Origin: Candidatus Spongiisociaceae bacterium
GTDB lineage: Bacteria; Actinomycetota; Acidimicrobiia; Spongiisociales; Spongiisociaceae
Length of the DNA stretch: 64,000 nt
Assembly (NCBI GenBank): GCA_965202665.1
Contig: OZ241841.1
Location: 2,080,001 to 2,144,000 of the forward strand
Direction of reading: 5' to 3'
The translations under genes were made by a program, and so were the position numbers. Position 1 is the first letter of the stretch. Every line of letters starts with the position of its first letter. Of the stretch, positions 51,684 through 60,266 are shown in pieces. A model generated the notes under the pieces. That model worked only from the letters and a program-made list of their open reading frames with translations, was not told where the DNA came from and ran no database searches.

Positions 51684-52310
51684 TTACGGGGAGCGGCCGC
51701 CCACCAGCTTCCAGGCGGTGGGGAGCAAGCCGGCCGCCAACAGCAGTTTTATGGCGTCGCCGGCTAGGAACGGGGCCACCCCCCGTTCGATGGCTTCCGT
51801 GAAAGCCCAGTCCGGGAAGGCCCGCATCAGGCCCGCTACGCCCAGCACGTAGATGATGAAAGTTCCGGTCAGGAAAGCCCCTATGGAAGTGGAGAAACGG
51901 CGGTCTTGGCGTTGTTCGGCCAGGTAGCCCACCGCGTAACCGGCAACTATGAAACCGAGCAGGTAACCGGCGGTGGCTCCGGTGGCGGACGTCCAGCCGC
52001 CCGACCCTCCGGCGTAGAAGGGCAGCCCCGCCGCCCCCATCGCCCAGTACAGCAGCTGCGATCCCGCCCCGGCCCGCGCCCCTAAGACGGCCCCGCTCAG
52101 CAACACGGCGAAGGTCTGGCCGGTGATGGGCACCGGCGTGAACCAGAGCGGAATGGAAATCTGGGCGAACAGCGCGGTCAGCAGGGCGAACCCCGCGGTC
52201 AGGGCCAGGGTGTAGACCGTCCGGGCGGCGCGATCGTCCGCCCACCGGCGGGGCATGACCGCGGCGGCGATGGTGGCGGCGTGCATAGCGGACTCCTCCT
52301 TGTTCGACAT
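51684..52310 (-). CDS. bioY: Biotin transporter BioY
   Basis: AQISIPL.FTPVPITGQT, GLPFYAGG, TAGYLLGF, GVAPFLAGD. Confidence 0.93.
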   Translation of the reverse strand: MSNKEESAMHAATIAAAVMPRRWADDRAARTVYTLALTAGFALLTALFAQISIPLWFTPVPITGQTFAVLLSGAVLGARAGAGSQLLYWAMGAAGLPFYAGGSGGWTSATGATAGYLLGFIVAGYAVGYLAEQRQDRRFSTSIGAFLTGTFIIYVLGVAGLMRAFPDWAFTEAIERGVAPFLAGDAIKLLLAAGLLPTAWKLVGGRSP

Positions 52311-52402
52311 AGTTTGTTACCGGATCTTTTTGACCGGACGGGACGGCCGTCCGTTACCCCGGCCGGGCGCGGCGTCCGTTTAGTTTCGCGCCGCCGTTAT
52401 CC

Positions 52403-53560
52403 TTGGCCAAACCGGATATGGAAACTTTACCCCCGCCCCCCGCCCCGGACGAACCGGCCCGGACCGCCCCCCCGGAGGAGCCCGTCCCCCAAGAGGGGGC
52501 CGGAGCCGCCGAGCCGCCGCCTTCCGCCGATTCCCCTCCCGAGCGGAACCGTCCGCCCCGTTGGCTGTGGCCGGTCCTGGGCGGGATGGCGGTCCTGCTG
52601 GCCTTGGTTTTAACGGCGGGCCAGATGCGCGTTCCTTTCTACGCCCTGTCCCCCGGCGCGGTGCAGGAAGTGGACGACCTCACCGAAATCACCGGGACTC
52701 CCACCTACAATTTGAACGGCGATCTTTACATGCTCACCGTCACCGTGCAAGAGGTGAACCCCTTCGAGTTGGCGCACGGCTGGTTTTCCCCGGCGGTGGA
52801 CTTGTACCGCCGGGAGGTCATCCGCCCCCGGGACGTGACCCCCGAAGAGCACCGCGAGCGGAACCGTCAGATGATGCGCGACTCGCGTGATATCGCCATC
52901 ACGGTCGCCCTGCGCCATCTCGGTTACGACGTAGGGCAAACGGGGGAGGGGATGCTGGTGGTGGAAGTAGCGGAAGGGTCGCCCGCCGCCGGGGTTTTGC
53001 AACCGGGGGATGTGATCACGGCGGTGGACGGGGAGCCGGTGACGGGGTGGGCGGAGGGGGTGGAGGCCATCCGCTCCAAACAGCCCGGCCAAGCGGCGGA
53101 GTTCACCATCTACCGGGATTCGGAGAAACGCACCGTCCGCCTCACTTTGGCGGAACACACCTCCGAGCCCGGTCAGCCGATGGCCGGCTTCACCCCCGAC
53201 ACCGCCAACCCTTCCCTGCAACTGCCGTTTCCGGTGACCATCGACACCGCCAACTCCGGCGGTCCGTCGGCGGGAATAATGTACGTGCTCGCCATCCTGG
53301 ATCTGCTGACCGAAGAGGATCTGATCAAAGGCAACATTGTGGCCGGGACCGGCGCCATCGACTTGGACGGGACGGTGGGGCCCATCGGCGGCGTCCGCCA
53401 GAAAGTAGTAGCCGCCCAGGAGGCGGGGGCCCGTTTCATCCTGGTGCCGAGGAGAAACTACGCCGACGCCCTGACCGCCAAAAACGACGGAGTGCGGATT
53501 TTTCCCATCGCTTCTTTGGAGGAGGCGTTGGCCGTTTTGGAGGGCCTTCCCCCCGCCTGA
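52403..53560 (+). CDS. YlbL-like PDZ plus Lon-C protease
   Basis: TM, PFYALSPG, PDZ (GSPA..VL.PGDVI), GGPSAG, AGTG.I..DGTVGPIGGV.QK. Confidence 0.92.
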   Translation: MAKPDMETLPPPPAPDEPARTAPPEEPVPQEGAGAAEPPPSADSPPERNRPPRWLWPVLGGMAVLLALVLTAGQMRVPFYALSPGAVQEVDDLTEITGTPTYNLNGDLYMLTVTVQEVNPFELAHGWFSPAVDLYRREVIRPRDVTPEEHRERNRQMMRDSRDIAITVALRHLGYDVGQTGEGMLVVEVAEGSPAAGVLQPGDVITAVDGEPVTGWAEGVEAIRSKQPGQAAEFTIYRDSEKRTVRLTLAEHTSEPGQPMAGFTPDTANPSLQLPFPVTIDTANSGGPSAGIMYVLAILDLLTEEDLIKGNIVAGTGAIDLDGTVGPIGGVRQKVVAAQEAGARFILVPRRNYADALTAKNDGVRIFPIASLEEALAVLEGLPPA

Positions 53561-53596
53561 CCGCGGCCCGCGGTACGGCCGGAGCCAAAAAACCGG

Positions 53597-53685
53597 TTGA
53601 CATTTGGGGAGGTTATCCACAGAATAGGGCGGGAAAAGGCTCCGCCATTGGAGTTATCCACAACAAAGGTGTAGAGTTATCCACA
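53597..53685 (+). promoter_or_regulatory. Promoter overlapped by three perfect DnaA boxes
   Basis: TTATCCACA at 53613, 53654 and 53677, same orientation; TTGACA 53597-53602 plus 17 nt plus CAGAAT 53620-53625. Confidence 0.8.
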
Positions 53686-53686
53686 A

Positions 53687-55681
53687 ATGAACGAAAACCC
53701 GACGCCCAACGCCCCGGACGGCGACCGCCCGGTTCCGCCCGAGGCGACTCCCGCGTTCGCCAAAGTGTTCCGCGGTTACGATCCGGCGGAAGTGGACGAC
53801 TACATTTCCAGCCTGGTAACCCGTCTCAAGTTGCATCGGGCCCACCTGCCCGACTCCGAGTTGAGCGGAGAGCAGGGGGCGGAGATGATCGACACCGCGG
53901 CCGCCGACATCGCCGAACTGTTGCAATCCGCCCGGCTGGCCGCCGGGAAAATAAGAAGCCGCGCCGACCATCAAATAGCGGCCGACCTGACCGTCGCCGA
54001 AGCCCAAGCGCGGCAGGTGCGGGAGGACGCCGAAGCCGACGCCTACGCCATGCGCAAGTCGGCCTGGGATATGGCGGCGGAAGCCTTAGAGTCGCTGGAG
54101 GGGCAGGCGGCGGAGATGGAGGCGGAAGCCGACCGCAAGGCTTTGGCCATCATCGGCGAATCGGAGCGCACCGCCCACCGCAACCTGGCCTCCGCCCGCC
54201 GGGAAGGGGAGCGTCTGATGCAGGAGGCGGGGGCCCAAGCGGAGCGGATGCTGATGCAGTCCCGGGAGCAAAGCGAGGAGATGATCGCGGAAAGCGAACG
54301 CCGGGTGGATGTGATCAAAAAGCAAATCAGGTTGGAGTCCAAACGACGGGACGCGTTGGCCGCCGAAGTGAACGAGTTGCGTTCCAAACTGGACGGCCCC
54401 GCCCCGTTGGAGGAGCACGGCGGCTCCGCTATCCGCCTGGTTCCCCCCATGGAGCGGGACAACGGCGACCGCGTCCGGTCCGAACCGGAGGAGCGGGCCC
54501 GCGATGACCGCGCCCCAACCGAGGAGGTCCGCCCGGCCGCTGAGTCGCCCGCGGTGGACGGCCAAGACGTGGCCGAGGAGGTGGCCCTTTTGCGGGAAGC
54601 GGCCGAGGCCAACGGCGAATCGCCCGCCCCCGTCCGCCCGCCCGCCGGGGCGGAAAAGCCGCCTCCCCGACCCCGACCCGACCCGCCCCCGGAGCCGGCC
54701 CGCGTCCGCTCCGAGCCGGAAGACGCCGGCCGGGCGGATCCCGAGCCGGTCCGGGAAGAGTCCCGGTCCAGGTCCCGTTCGGAACCGGAACCGGCCGCCG
54801 GGGAACGCGCCGCGGTTCTGTCCGCGCCGCCGGTGTCGGAGCGGGAGCTGGCCAAGATGTGGTCCACCGGCCAGCCGTTGCGCCGCGCCTACGACGAGGC
54901 GGCCGCCGACAGTTTCGGTTCCCTGTTCGAAGACCTGCGCCGACTGCAGGAAACCGAGGCGGGAGGGGCCGACGGCCCGGCGGCGCCGGCCAAGCCCCCC
55001 GCCCCGCCTCCCCCCCGGCCGGCTGGGGACAAGCCCGTCTCCGCCCGCCCCGCGGAACGGCTGTCGGCGGCGGAGCGTTATCACATGGCGGTGTTCCCCA
55101 TCGCCAACCGCACCTTGCGCAACATCAAACGGCGCCTGATCGACATTCAAAACCAGCAGTTGGAAGCCCTCAAAAACGATCCGGCCAACTGGCAACCGGA
55201 GCGGGCCCGGCTGGAGGAAAGCCTGGCGCGCGATTTGACGATCATGCACCGGGAGGCCTTCGCGGCCGGACGCGCCGCGGCCGGTGAAATCCTGGAGGGG
55301 GCCGGGGCCGCTCCCCATCCCGAAATCCCGGAGGGCGAATCGGAGGTGTTCGTATCGGCCCTGTTCGACGAGTTGGTGCTGACCGTGCAGGCGGGCCGGG
55401 AGAACGGCCATGGGGCCCGCCAGCTGGGGGCCGCCCTTTCCCAGGCCTACCGGGTGTGGCGCACCGACGAAGCCGAACGCCGGGTGCGTTTTTTGGCGGG
55501 CCGCTCCTACCATCGGGGATTGCTGGCCGGGTTCCGGCAGGCGGGAGTGGAGCGGTTGCGGCTGGACTCGGCGGATCCGTGCCGGGAATGCGCCTATGAT
55601 GTAGGGGATTCCCGGCCCGCGGCGGAAGCCGAGCCGTTTCCCGACCATCACGACTGCCGTTGCACCCTGGTTCCGGCTTGA
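53687..55681 (+). CDS. DivIVA-domain coiled-coil protein with C-terminal MuF/gp7-like domain
   Basis: FAKVFRGYDPAEVDDYI (DivIVA), long Ala/Glu/Arg coiled coil, Pro-rich linker, C-terminal AERRVR...YHRG...RQAGV...CREC...PDHHDCRCTLVP. Confidence 0.82.
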   Translation: MNENPTPNAPDGDRPVPPEATPAFAKVFRGYDPAEVDDYISSLVTRLKLHRAHLPDSELSGEQGAEMIDTAAADIAELLQSARLAAGKIRSRADHQIAADLTVAEAQARQVREDAEADAYAMRKSAWDMAAEALESLEGQAAEMEAEADRKALAIIGESERTAHRNLASARREGERLMQEAGAQAERMLMQSREQSEEMIAESERRVDVIKKQIRLESKRRDALAAEVNELRSKLDGPAPLEEHGGSAIRLVPPMERDNGDRVRSEPEERARDDRAPTEEVRPAAESPAVDGQDVAEEVALLREAAEANGESPAPVRPPAGAEKPPPRPRPDPPPEPARVRSEPEDAGRADPEPVREESRSRSRSEPEPAAGERAAVLSAPPVSERELAKMWSTGQPLRRAYDEAAADSFGSLFEDLRRLQETEAGGADGPAAPAKPPAPPPPRPAGDKPVSARPAERLSAAERYHMAVFPIANRTLRNIKRRLIDIQNQQLEALKNDPANWQPERARLEESLARDLTIMHREAFAAGRAAAGEILEGAGAAPHPEIPEGESEVFVSALFDELVLTVQAGRENGHGARQLGAALSQAYRVWRTDEAERRVRFLAGRSYHRGLLAGFRQAGVERLRLDSADPCRECAYDVGDSRPAAEAEPFPDHHDCRCTLVPA

Positions 55682-55763
55682 ACCCGGTCCCCCGTTTCGC
55701 CGACGGCGGTTTTGGGCGTAGGATGGGAGGCCGGGCCGCATCCGAAAGGGAGTTAGCCGCTCT

Positions 55764-58673
55764 ATGATCAGACGAGACAACCAACGTTCCCGCTCCGGGC
55801 GCCGTTCGCCCCGCCGGTGGATGATCCTGGCCGCCGTCGGGGTGTTGGCCGCCTTTTTGCTCCTCCGGTTTCTAGCCGTTTTCTGGACCGATTTCCTGTG
55901 GTTCGCTTCGGTGGACGCCACTTCGGTGTGGAGCACCCGTTTGCTGTCCCAACTTTGGCTGGGGGCGGCGGGGACGGTCGCCGCCGCCGTTTTGGTGTGG
56001 GTGAACCTGTGGGTCGCCTACCGGATTTCCAGCCGGTTTTCCCTGTACGACGCCAGCCCGGGCGAGGAGCTGATCGTCCGCTTCCGGGAGTGGGTGGAGC
56101 CCCGGGTGCGCTGGTTGCATATCGGGGCGGCGGGGGTGCTGGGATTGTTGCTGGGGGCGGGGGTGTCCGGCTGGTGGCGGGACGTTCTGCTGTTTATGAA
56201 CCAGACCTCTTTCGGCAAAGCCGATCCCATTTTCAGCCGGGACGCCTCCTTCTACGTGTTCCAGTTGCCGGTGTACCGCAACATCGTCGCGTGGTTTTTG
56301 CAGATCGTCATCCTGTGCACCGTGCTGAGCCTGGTGCTGCATTACCTGTACGGGGGCATCCGCATGCGGCAGTCCCGCATCCCCCAGTTCGGGGCGGGGG
56401 TGAAAGCCCACCTGTCGGTTTTGCTGGCCGGTTTGGCCCTTATCAAGGCGGTCGCCTACCAGTTCGACGTGGCCGAGCTGGTGTATTCGTCCCGGGGGGC
56501 GGTGTTCGGGGCTTCCTACACGGATGTGACGGCCCATCGTCCGGCGCTGATCCTGCTCAGCCTGATTTCGGTGTTCGCGGCCGGATTGTTGTTGTGGAAC
56601 ATCCGCGCCCGGGGATGGACTTTGCCGGCGGTGGCGGCCGGGTTGTGGCTGGTGGTGTCGCTGGTGGTGGGGGGGTTGGTGCCGCTGGCCATCGAACGTT
56701 TCCGGGTGCAGCCCAACCAGTTCAACCTGGAAAAAGAATACATCGAGTACCACATCGATTTCACCCGGGAGGCCTACGGGATGGGGGAGGGACGGGTGGA
56801 GGTGCGGGACTTCGCCGCTTCTCCGGATCTGACCGCAACCGACATCGCCGCCAACCAGGCCACGATCGACAATGTGCGGCTGTGGGATCCGGGGGTGCTG
56901 GCCCCCGCCTACCGGCAGTTGCAGGCCATCCGCCCCTACTATCAGATTTCCAACGTGGACACCGACCGCTATGTGATCGACGGCCAGTTGACGCAGGTGA
57001 TGGTGGCCGCCCGCGAGTTGGATTCGGAGGGCCTGCCCGCCACCGGATGGGTGAACGAACGGCTGGTGTACACCCACGGTTTCGGGGAGGTAATTTCCCG
57101 GGCCAACGACGTGAATCCGACCACCGGCGAGCCGGCTTTTCTGGTAAGGGACGTTCCGCCCGCCACCGGCGTTCCCGAACTGGAGACCAAACAGCCCCGC
57201 ATCTATTTCGGGGAGTCGTTCGACACCGGCAGTTACGTGATTGTGGGCACCAACCAGCAGGAGGTGGATTTCCCGTCCGGCCAGGACGACGACGTGGTGC
57301 GCAACACCTATGAGGGGGAGGGCGGGGTGCGGCTGTCCAACTTTGCGGTGGAGGCGGCGATGGCCATGCGGTTCGGCGATTTGAACATCCTGATTTCGCC
57401 GGAGTTGAATTCCCGTTCCAAAATTCTGATGGTGCGGGACGTGACCGACCGGCTGGCCATGGTGGCCCCTTTCCTGTACGCCGACTACGACCCCTATTTG
57501 GCGCTGATCGACGGGCGGCTGGTGTGGATAGCGGACCTGTATTCGGTGACCGACCGGTATCCGTATTCCCAACCGTCGGTGGACGACCGTTTGGGCCGTA
57601 CCGCGCCGTTGCCCCGCAACTTCAATTACATCCGCAATTCGGTGAAAGCGGTGGTGGACGCCGAGGACGGGACGATGGACTTGTACGTGTTGGAGGGGGC
57701 GGACGCCCTGACCCGCACCTACCGCAAAGTGTTCCCGGAAGTGTTCCGGGACGCTTCGGAGATGAGCGACGAGTTGCGCAGCCACCTGCGTTATCCGGAG
57801 GACCTGTTCCGGGTGCAGTCCGACATGTACGCTGTCTACCACCAGTCCGACCCGGAAGTGTTTTTCCAAGAGGAGGACAAATGGGAAATTCCGGGGGAGT
57901 CGGCCACTTCCGCCCGGGAGGTGGTGCGGGGGGACATCATTTCGCTGGCGGGGACGGTGGACGGTTCCTCCCGGCAGAGCCTGCCCTATTACCTGTTGAT
58001 GCGGTTGCCCGGCGAGGAGGACTTGTCGTTTCTGGTGTTGCAAAGTTTCAACCCGGCGGGCCGGGCCAATATGACGGCCTTCATGGTGGCGAAAAGCGAT
58101 CCCGGCTCCTACGGGGAGATCATCGATTACCGACTGCCGAGAGGGGAGTTGATCAACGGGTTGGAGCAGATCAGCGCCCGCATCGACCAGGACCCGGAGA
58201 TTTCCCAGCAGTTTACGCTGTTGGGCCAGCAGGGTTCCGTAATCATCCGGGGGAACCTGCTGGTGGTGCCCATTGAGGAGTCGCTCCTGTTCATCCAGCC
58301 CATCTACCTGCGGGGGGAGGGGTTGGAGTTGCCGGAGTTCAAGCGGGTGGTGGTGGTGTTCGGGGAGGAGACCCCCCCGATTATGCGCGGCACGCTGGAG
58401 GAGGCCTTAGCGGTGATCTTCGGGGAGGGCGCCGTTCCGGATCCGGATGCCGAAGTTGCGGAGCCGGACCAGCCCGCTCAGCCCGACCCGCCGGACGAGC
58501 CGTCCGCCCCCGCCCCCGACGTCCCCGACGACCTGAACGCTTTGGTGGCCGAGATCGACCGCCTGCTTTCCGAGGCCGACCAGGCCCTCCGCTCCGGCGA
58601 CCTGGGGGCCTACCAGTCCAAAGTGGACGAAGCCCGCGCCCTGGCAACCCGCCTAACCGCCCTGATCGGCTGA
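55764..58673 (+). CDS. UPF0182 family membrane protein
   Basis: WTDFLWF, DPIF..D.SFYVF.LP, GASYTDV, NVRLWDP, YTHGFG, NYIRNSVK, H.RYPEDLF. Confidence 0.95.
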   Translation: MIRRDNQRSRSGRRSPRRWMILAAVGVLAAFLLLRFLAVFWTDFLWFASVDATSVWSTRLLSQLWLGAAGTVAAAVLVWVNLWVAYRISSRFSLYDASPGEELIVRFREWVEPRVRWLHIGAAGVLGLLLGAGVSGWWRDVLLFMNQTSFGKADPIFSRDASFYVFQLPVYRNIVAWFLQIVILCTVLSLVLHYLYGGIRMRQSRIPQFGAGVKAHLSVLLAGLALIKAVAYQFDVAELVYSSRGAVFGASYTDVTAHRPALILLSLISVFAAGLLLWNIRARGWTLPAVAAGLWLVVSLVVGGLVPLAIERFRVQPNQFNLEKEYIEYHIDFTREAYGMGEGRVEVRDFAASPDLTATDIAANQATIDNVRLWDPGVLAPAYRQLQAIRPYYQISNVDTDRYVIDGQLTQVMVAARELDSEGLPATGWVNERLVYTHGFGEVISRANDVNPTTGEPAFLVRDVPPATGVPELETKQPRIYFGESFDTGSYVIVGTNQQEVDFPSGQDDDVVRNTYEGEGGVRLSNFAVEAAMAMRFGDLNILISPELNSRSKILMVRDVTDRLAMVAPFLYADYDPYLALIDGRLVWIADLYSVTDRYPYSQPSVDDRLGRTAPLPRNFNYIRNSVKAVVDAEDGTMDLYVLEGADALTRTYRKVFPEVFRDASEMSDELRSHLRYPEDLFRVQSDMYAVYHQSDPEVFFQEEDKWEIPGESATSAREVVRGDIISLAGTVDGSSRQSLPYYLLMRLPGEEDLSFLVLQSFNPAGRANMTAFMVAKSDPGSYGEIIDYRLPRGELINGLEQISARIDQDPEISQQFTLLGQQGSVIIRGNLLVVPIEESLLFIQPIYLRGEGLELPEFKRVVVVFGEETPPIMRGTLEEALAVIFGEGAVPDPDAEVAEPDQPAQPDPPDEPSAPAPDVPDDLNALVAEIDRLLSEADQALRSGDLGAYQSKVDEARALATRLTALIG

Positions 58674-58693
58674 ACTCGCCCCCCCCCCCCAAT

Positions 58694-58721
58694 TTGCGCC
58701 CCTGCCCGACGGCGTTATAAT
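58694..58721 (+). promoter_or_regulatory. tRNA promoter
   Basis: TTGCGC 58694-58699, 16-nt spacer, TATAAT 58716-58721. Confidence 0.65.
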
Positions 58722-58733
58722 GGCCGAACGCGA

Positions 58734-58811
58734 CGCGGGGTGGAGCAGTCTGGTCAGCTCGTCGGGCTCATAACCCGAAGGTCGCAGGTTCAAATCCTGC
58801 CCCCGCTACCA
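58734..58811 (+). tRNA. Initiator tRNA-fMet, anticodon CAT
   Basis: CGCGGGG...CCCCGCT-A-CCA with unpaired first position, anticodon stem TCGGG-CT-CAT-AA-CCCGA (3 G-C pairs), GGTTCAAATCC. Confidence 0.97.
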
Positions 58812-58940
58812 ACCAGCCGCAAACTTCCCGATCCTCCCGATCCGGCCAAAAACCGCCCCCACGCTGGGCTTTCGCAAATGCGTTAGTTTGTCACAGGATG
58901 TTGTTATAGTATTGTTACCACTATTTAAAAGGGGATATCA

Positions 58941-60266
58941 ATGGTTAAACAATACGAAATCCGCGACCCGGTGCTTTCTTTCATCGGGGTTGATTCGGGT
59001 GAGCGGCGGGTGATAGATTCCCGGCCGGTGCAACGGCTCCGCTACATTCGCCAGCTGGCCACATCGTATCTGATATACCCGGGGGCGACGCACACCCGGT
59101 TCGAACATTCGCTGGGCACGATGGAGCTGGCGGGCCGGATTTACGACGCGGTGACCGTTCCGTCGCGCTCCAACGGTTTCGTCTTCCAAGCCTTGCCCGA
59201 GCTGCGGGAAGGGGAGGAACGCTCTTATTGGAGGCGGGTGGTTCGGATGGCGGGACTATGCCACGACCTCGGCCATCTGCCGTTTTCCCACGCCGCCGAG
59301 CACGAACTGCTCCCCGAAGAATGGAGCCACGAGCGTCTCACTTACGAGATTATCCGCTCCAAAGAGATGACCGAAGTTTTGTCAAGCGGCAGGCCGCCGG
59401 TGGATTCCGAGGATGTGGCGCGGATCGCAGTGGGGCAGAAGCACTGGATCGAGAAAGCTCTGACCCCTATGGAAACTATCCTGTCCGAGATTATCGGCGG
59501 AGACGCGCTGGGGGCGGACCGGATGGATTACCTGCTACGGGATTCGTTGCACGCCGGCGTGGCCTATGGTCGCTTCGATTACCATCGCCTGATCGGAACC
59601 CTCCGGATTCTGCCCTCCTTCTCGCTGGATGAGGAAGACAAGGGACGGCCGATGTTGGGAGTGGAGTGGGGCGGGATTCAGTCGGCGGAGGCCCTGCTGA
59701 TGGCCAGGTATTTTATGTTCTCTCAAGTATATTTTCATAAGATAAGAATGATTTACGACCTTCATCTTATCGATTTCCTGAAAGATTGGCTTCCTGGTGG
59801 ACGATTTAAGACCGATATCGAATCCCATCTGAAGTTCACGGACAGCGAAATCATCGCCGCCATCCGCGAGGCCGGTTACGATGAGGGCATGGACGGGCAT
59901 AAATGGGCGCATCGCTTGGCGAATCGCAAGCACTTTCGGGTGCTCGATCCGGGCCGCCCGCAACATGCGGCTCAGAATTCGAGGATGGCGAAAGCCATCT
60001 GCCGGGCCGCGCAAGCCAAATTCGGGGCGGATTTCGCGCGGGCGGCCCATCCTCCGCCTAAAGAGAGCAAGTTGGAGTTTCCGGTTCTGATGGAGGACGA
60101 AAAAGTTCAATCGTCGCTTACCGTGTCGCAGGTGTTTGCTTCTCTTCCCGTTCCAACACCCGGTTATGTTTACGTCGATGAGAGAATATTGGATGAAGCC
60201 CGAAAATGGTTGGCGAAGCATCGCGATCACATTATTAAGGAAGCATCTCAAGGAGGAGGTGAATAA
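58941..60266 (+). CDS. HD-domain phosphohydrolase (SAMHD1/YwfO-like dNTPase family)
   Basis: IRDPV, QRLRYIRQL, YPGATHTRFEHSLG, CHDLGHLPFSH, DRMDYLLRDS, R..MFSQVYFHK. Confidence 0.92.
   Translation: MVKQYEIRDPVLSFIGVDSGERRVIDSRPVQRLRYIRQLATSYLIYPGATHTRFEHSLGTMELAGRIYDAVTVPSRSNGFVFQALPELREGEERSYWRRVVRMAGLCHDLGHLPFSHAAEHELLPEEWSHERLTYEIIRSKEMTEVLSSGRPPVDSEDVARIAVGQKHWIEKALTPMETILSEIIGGDALGADRMDYLLRDSLHAGVAYGRFDYHRLIGTLRILPSFSLDEEDKGRPMLGVEWGGIQSAEALLMARYFMFSQVYFHKIRMIYDLHLIDFLKDWLPGGRFKTDIESHLKFTDSEIIAAIREAGYDEGMDGHKWAHRLANRKHFRVLDPGRPQHAAQNSRMAKAICRAAQAKFGADFARAAHPPPKESKLEFPVLMEDEKVQSSLTVSQVFASLPVPTPGYVYVDERILDEARKWLAKHRDHIIKEASQGGGE

Noticed and set aside
53561-53686. oriC
   Set aside because: Only three boxes, no clear AT-rich unwinding element and no dnaA/dnaN; kept as a regulatory site
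535-58043. Many long alternative-frame and antisense ORFs (e.g. 535-2118, 10563-12452, 26832-29273, 43955-46246, 55872-58043)
   Set aside because: Shadow ORFs of GC-rich genes: Gly/Arg/Pro-rich, no motifs, each overlapping a well-supported gene
58679-58690. C12 tract before the tRNA-fMet promoter
   Set aside because: Upstream of the -35 and outside any CDS, so length change has no obvious effect
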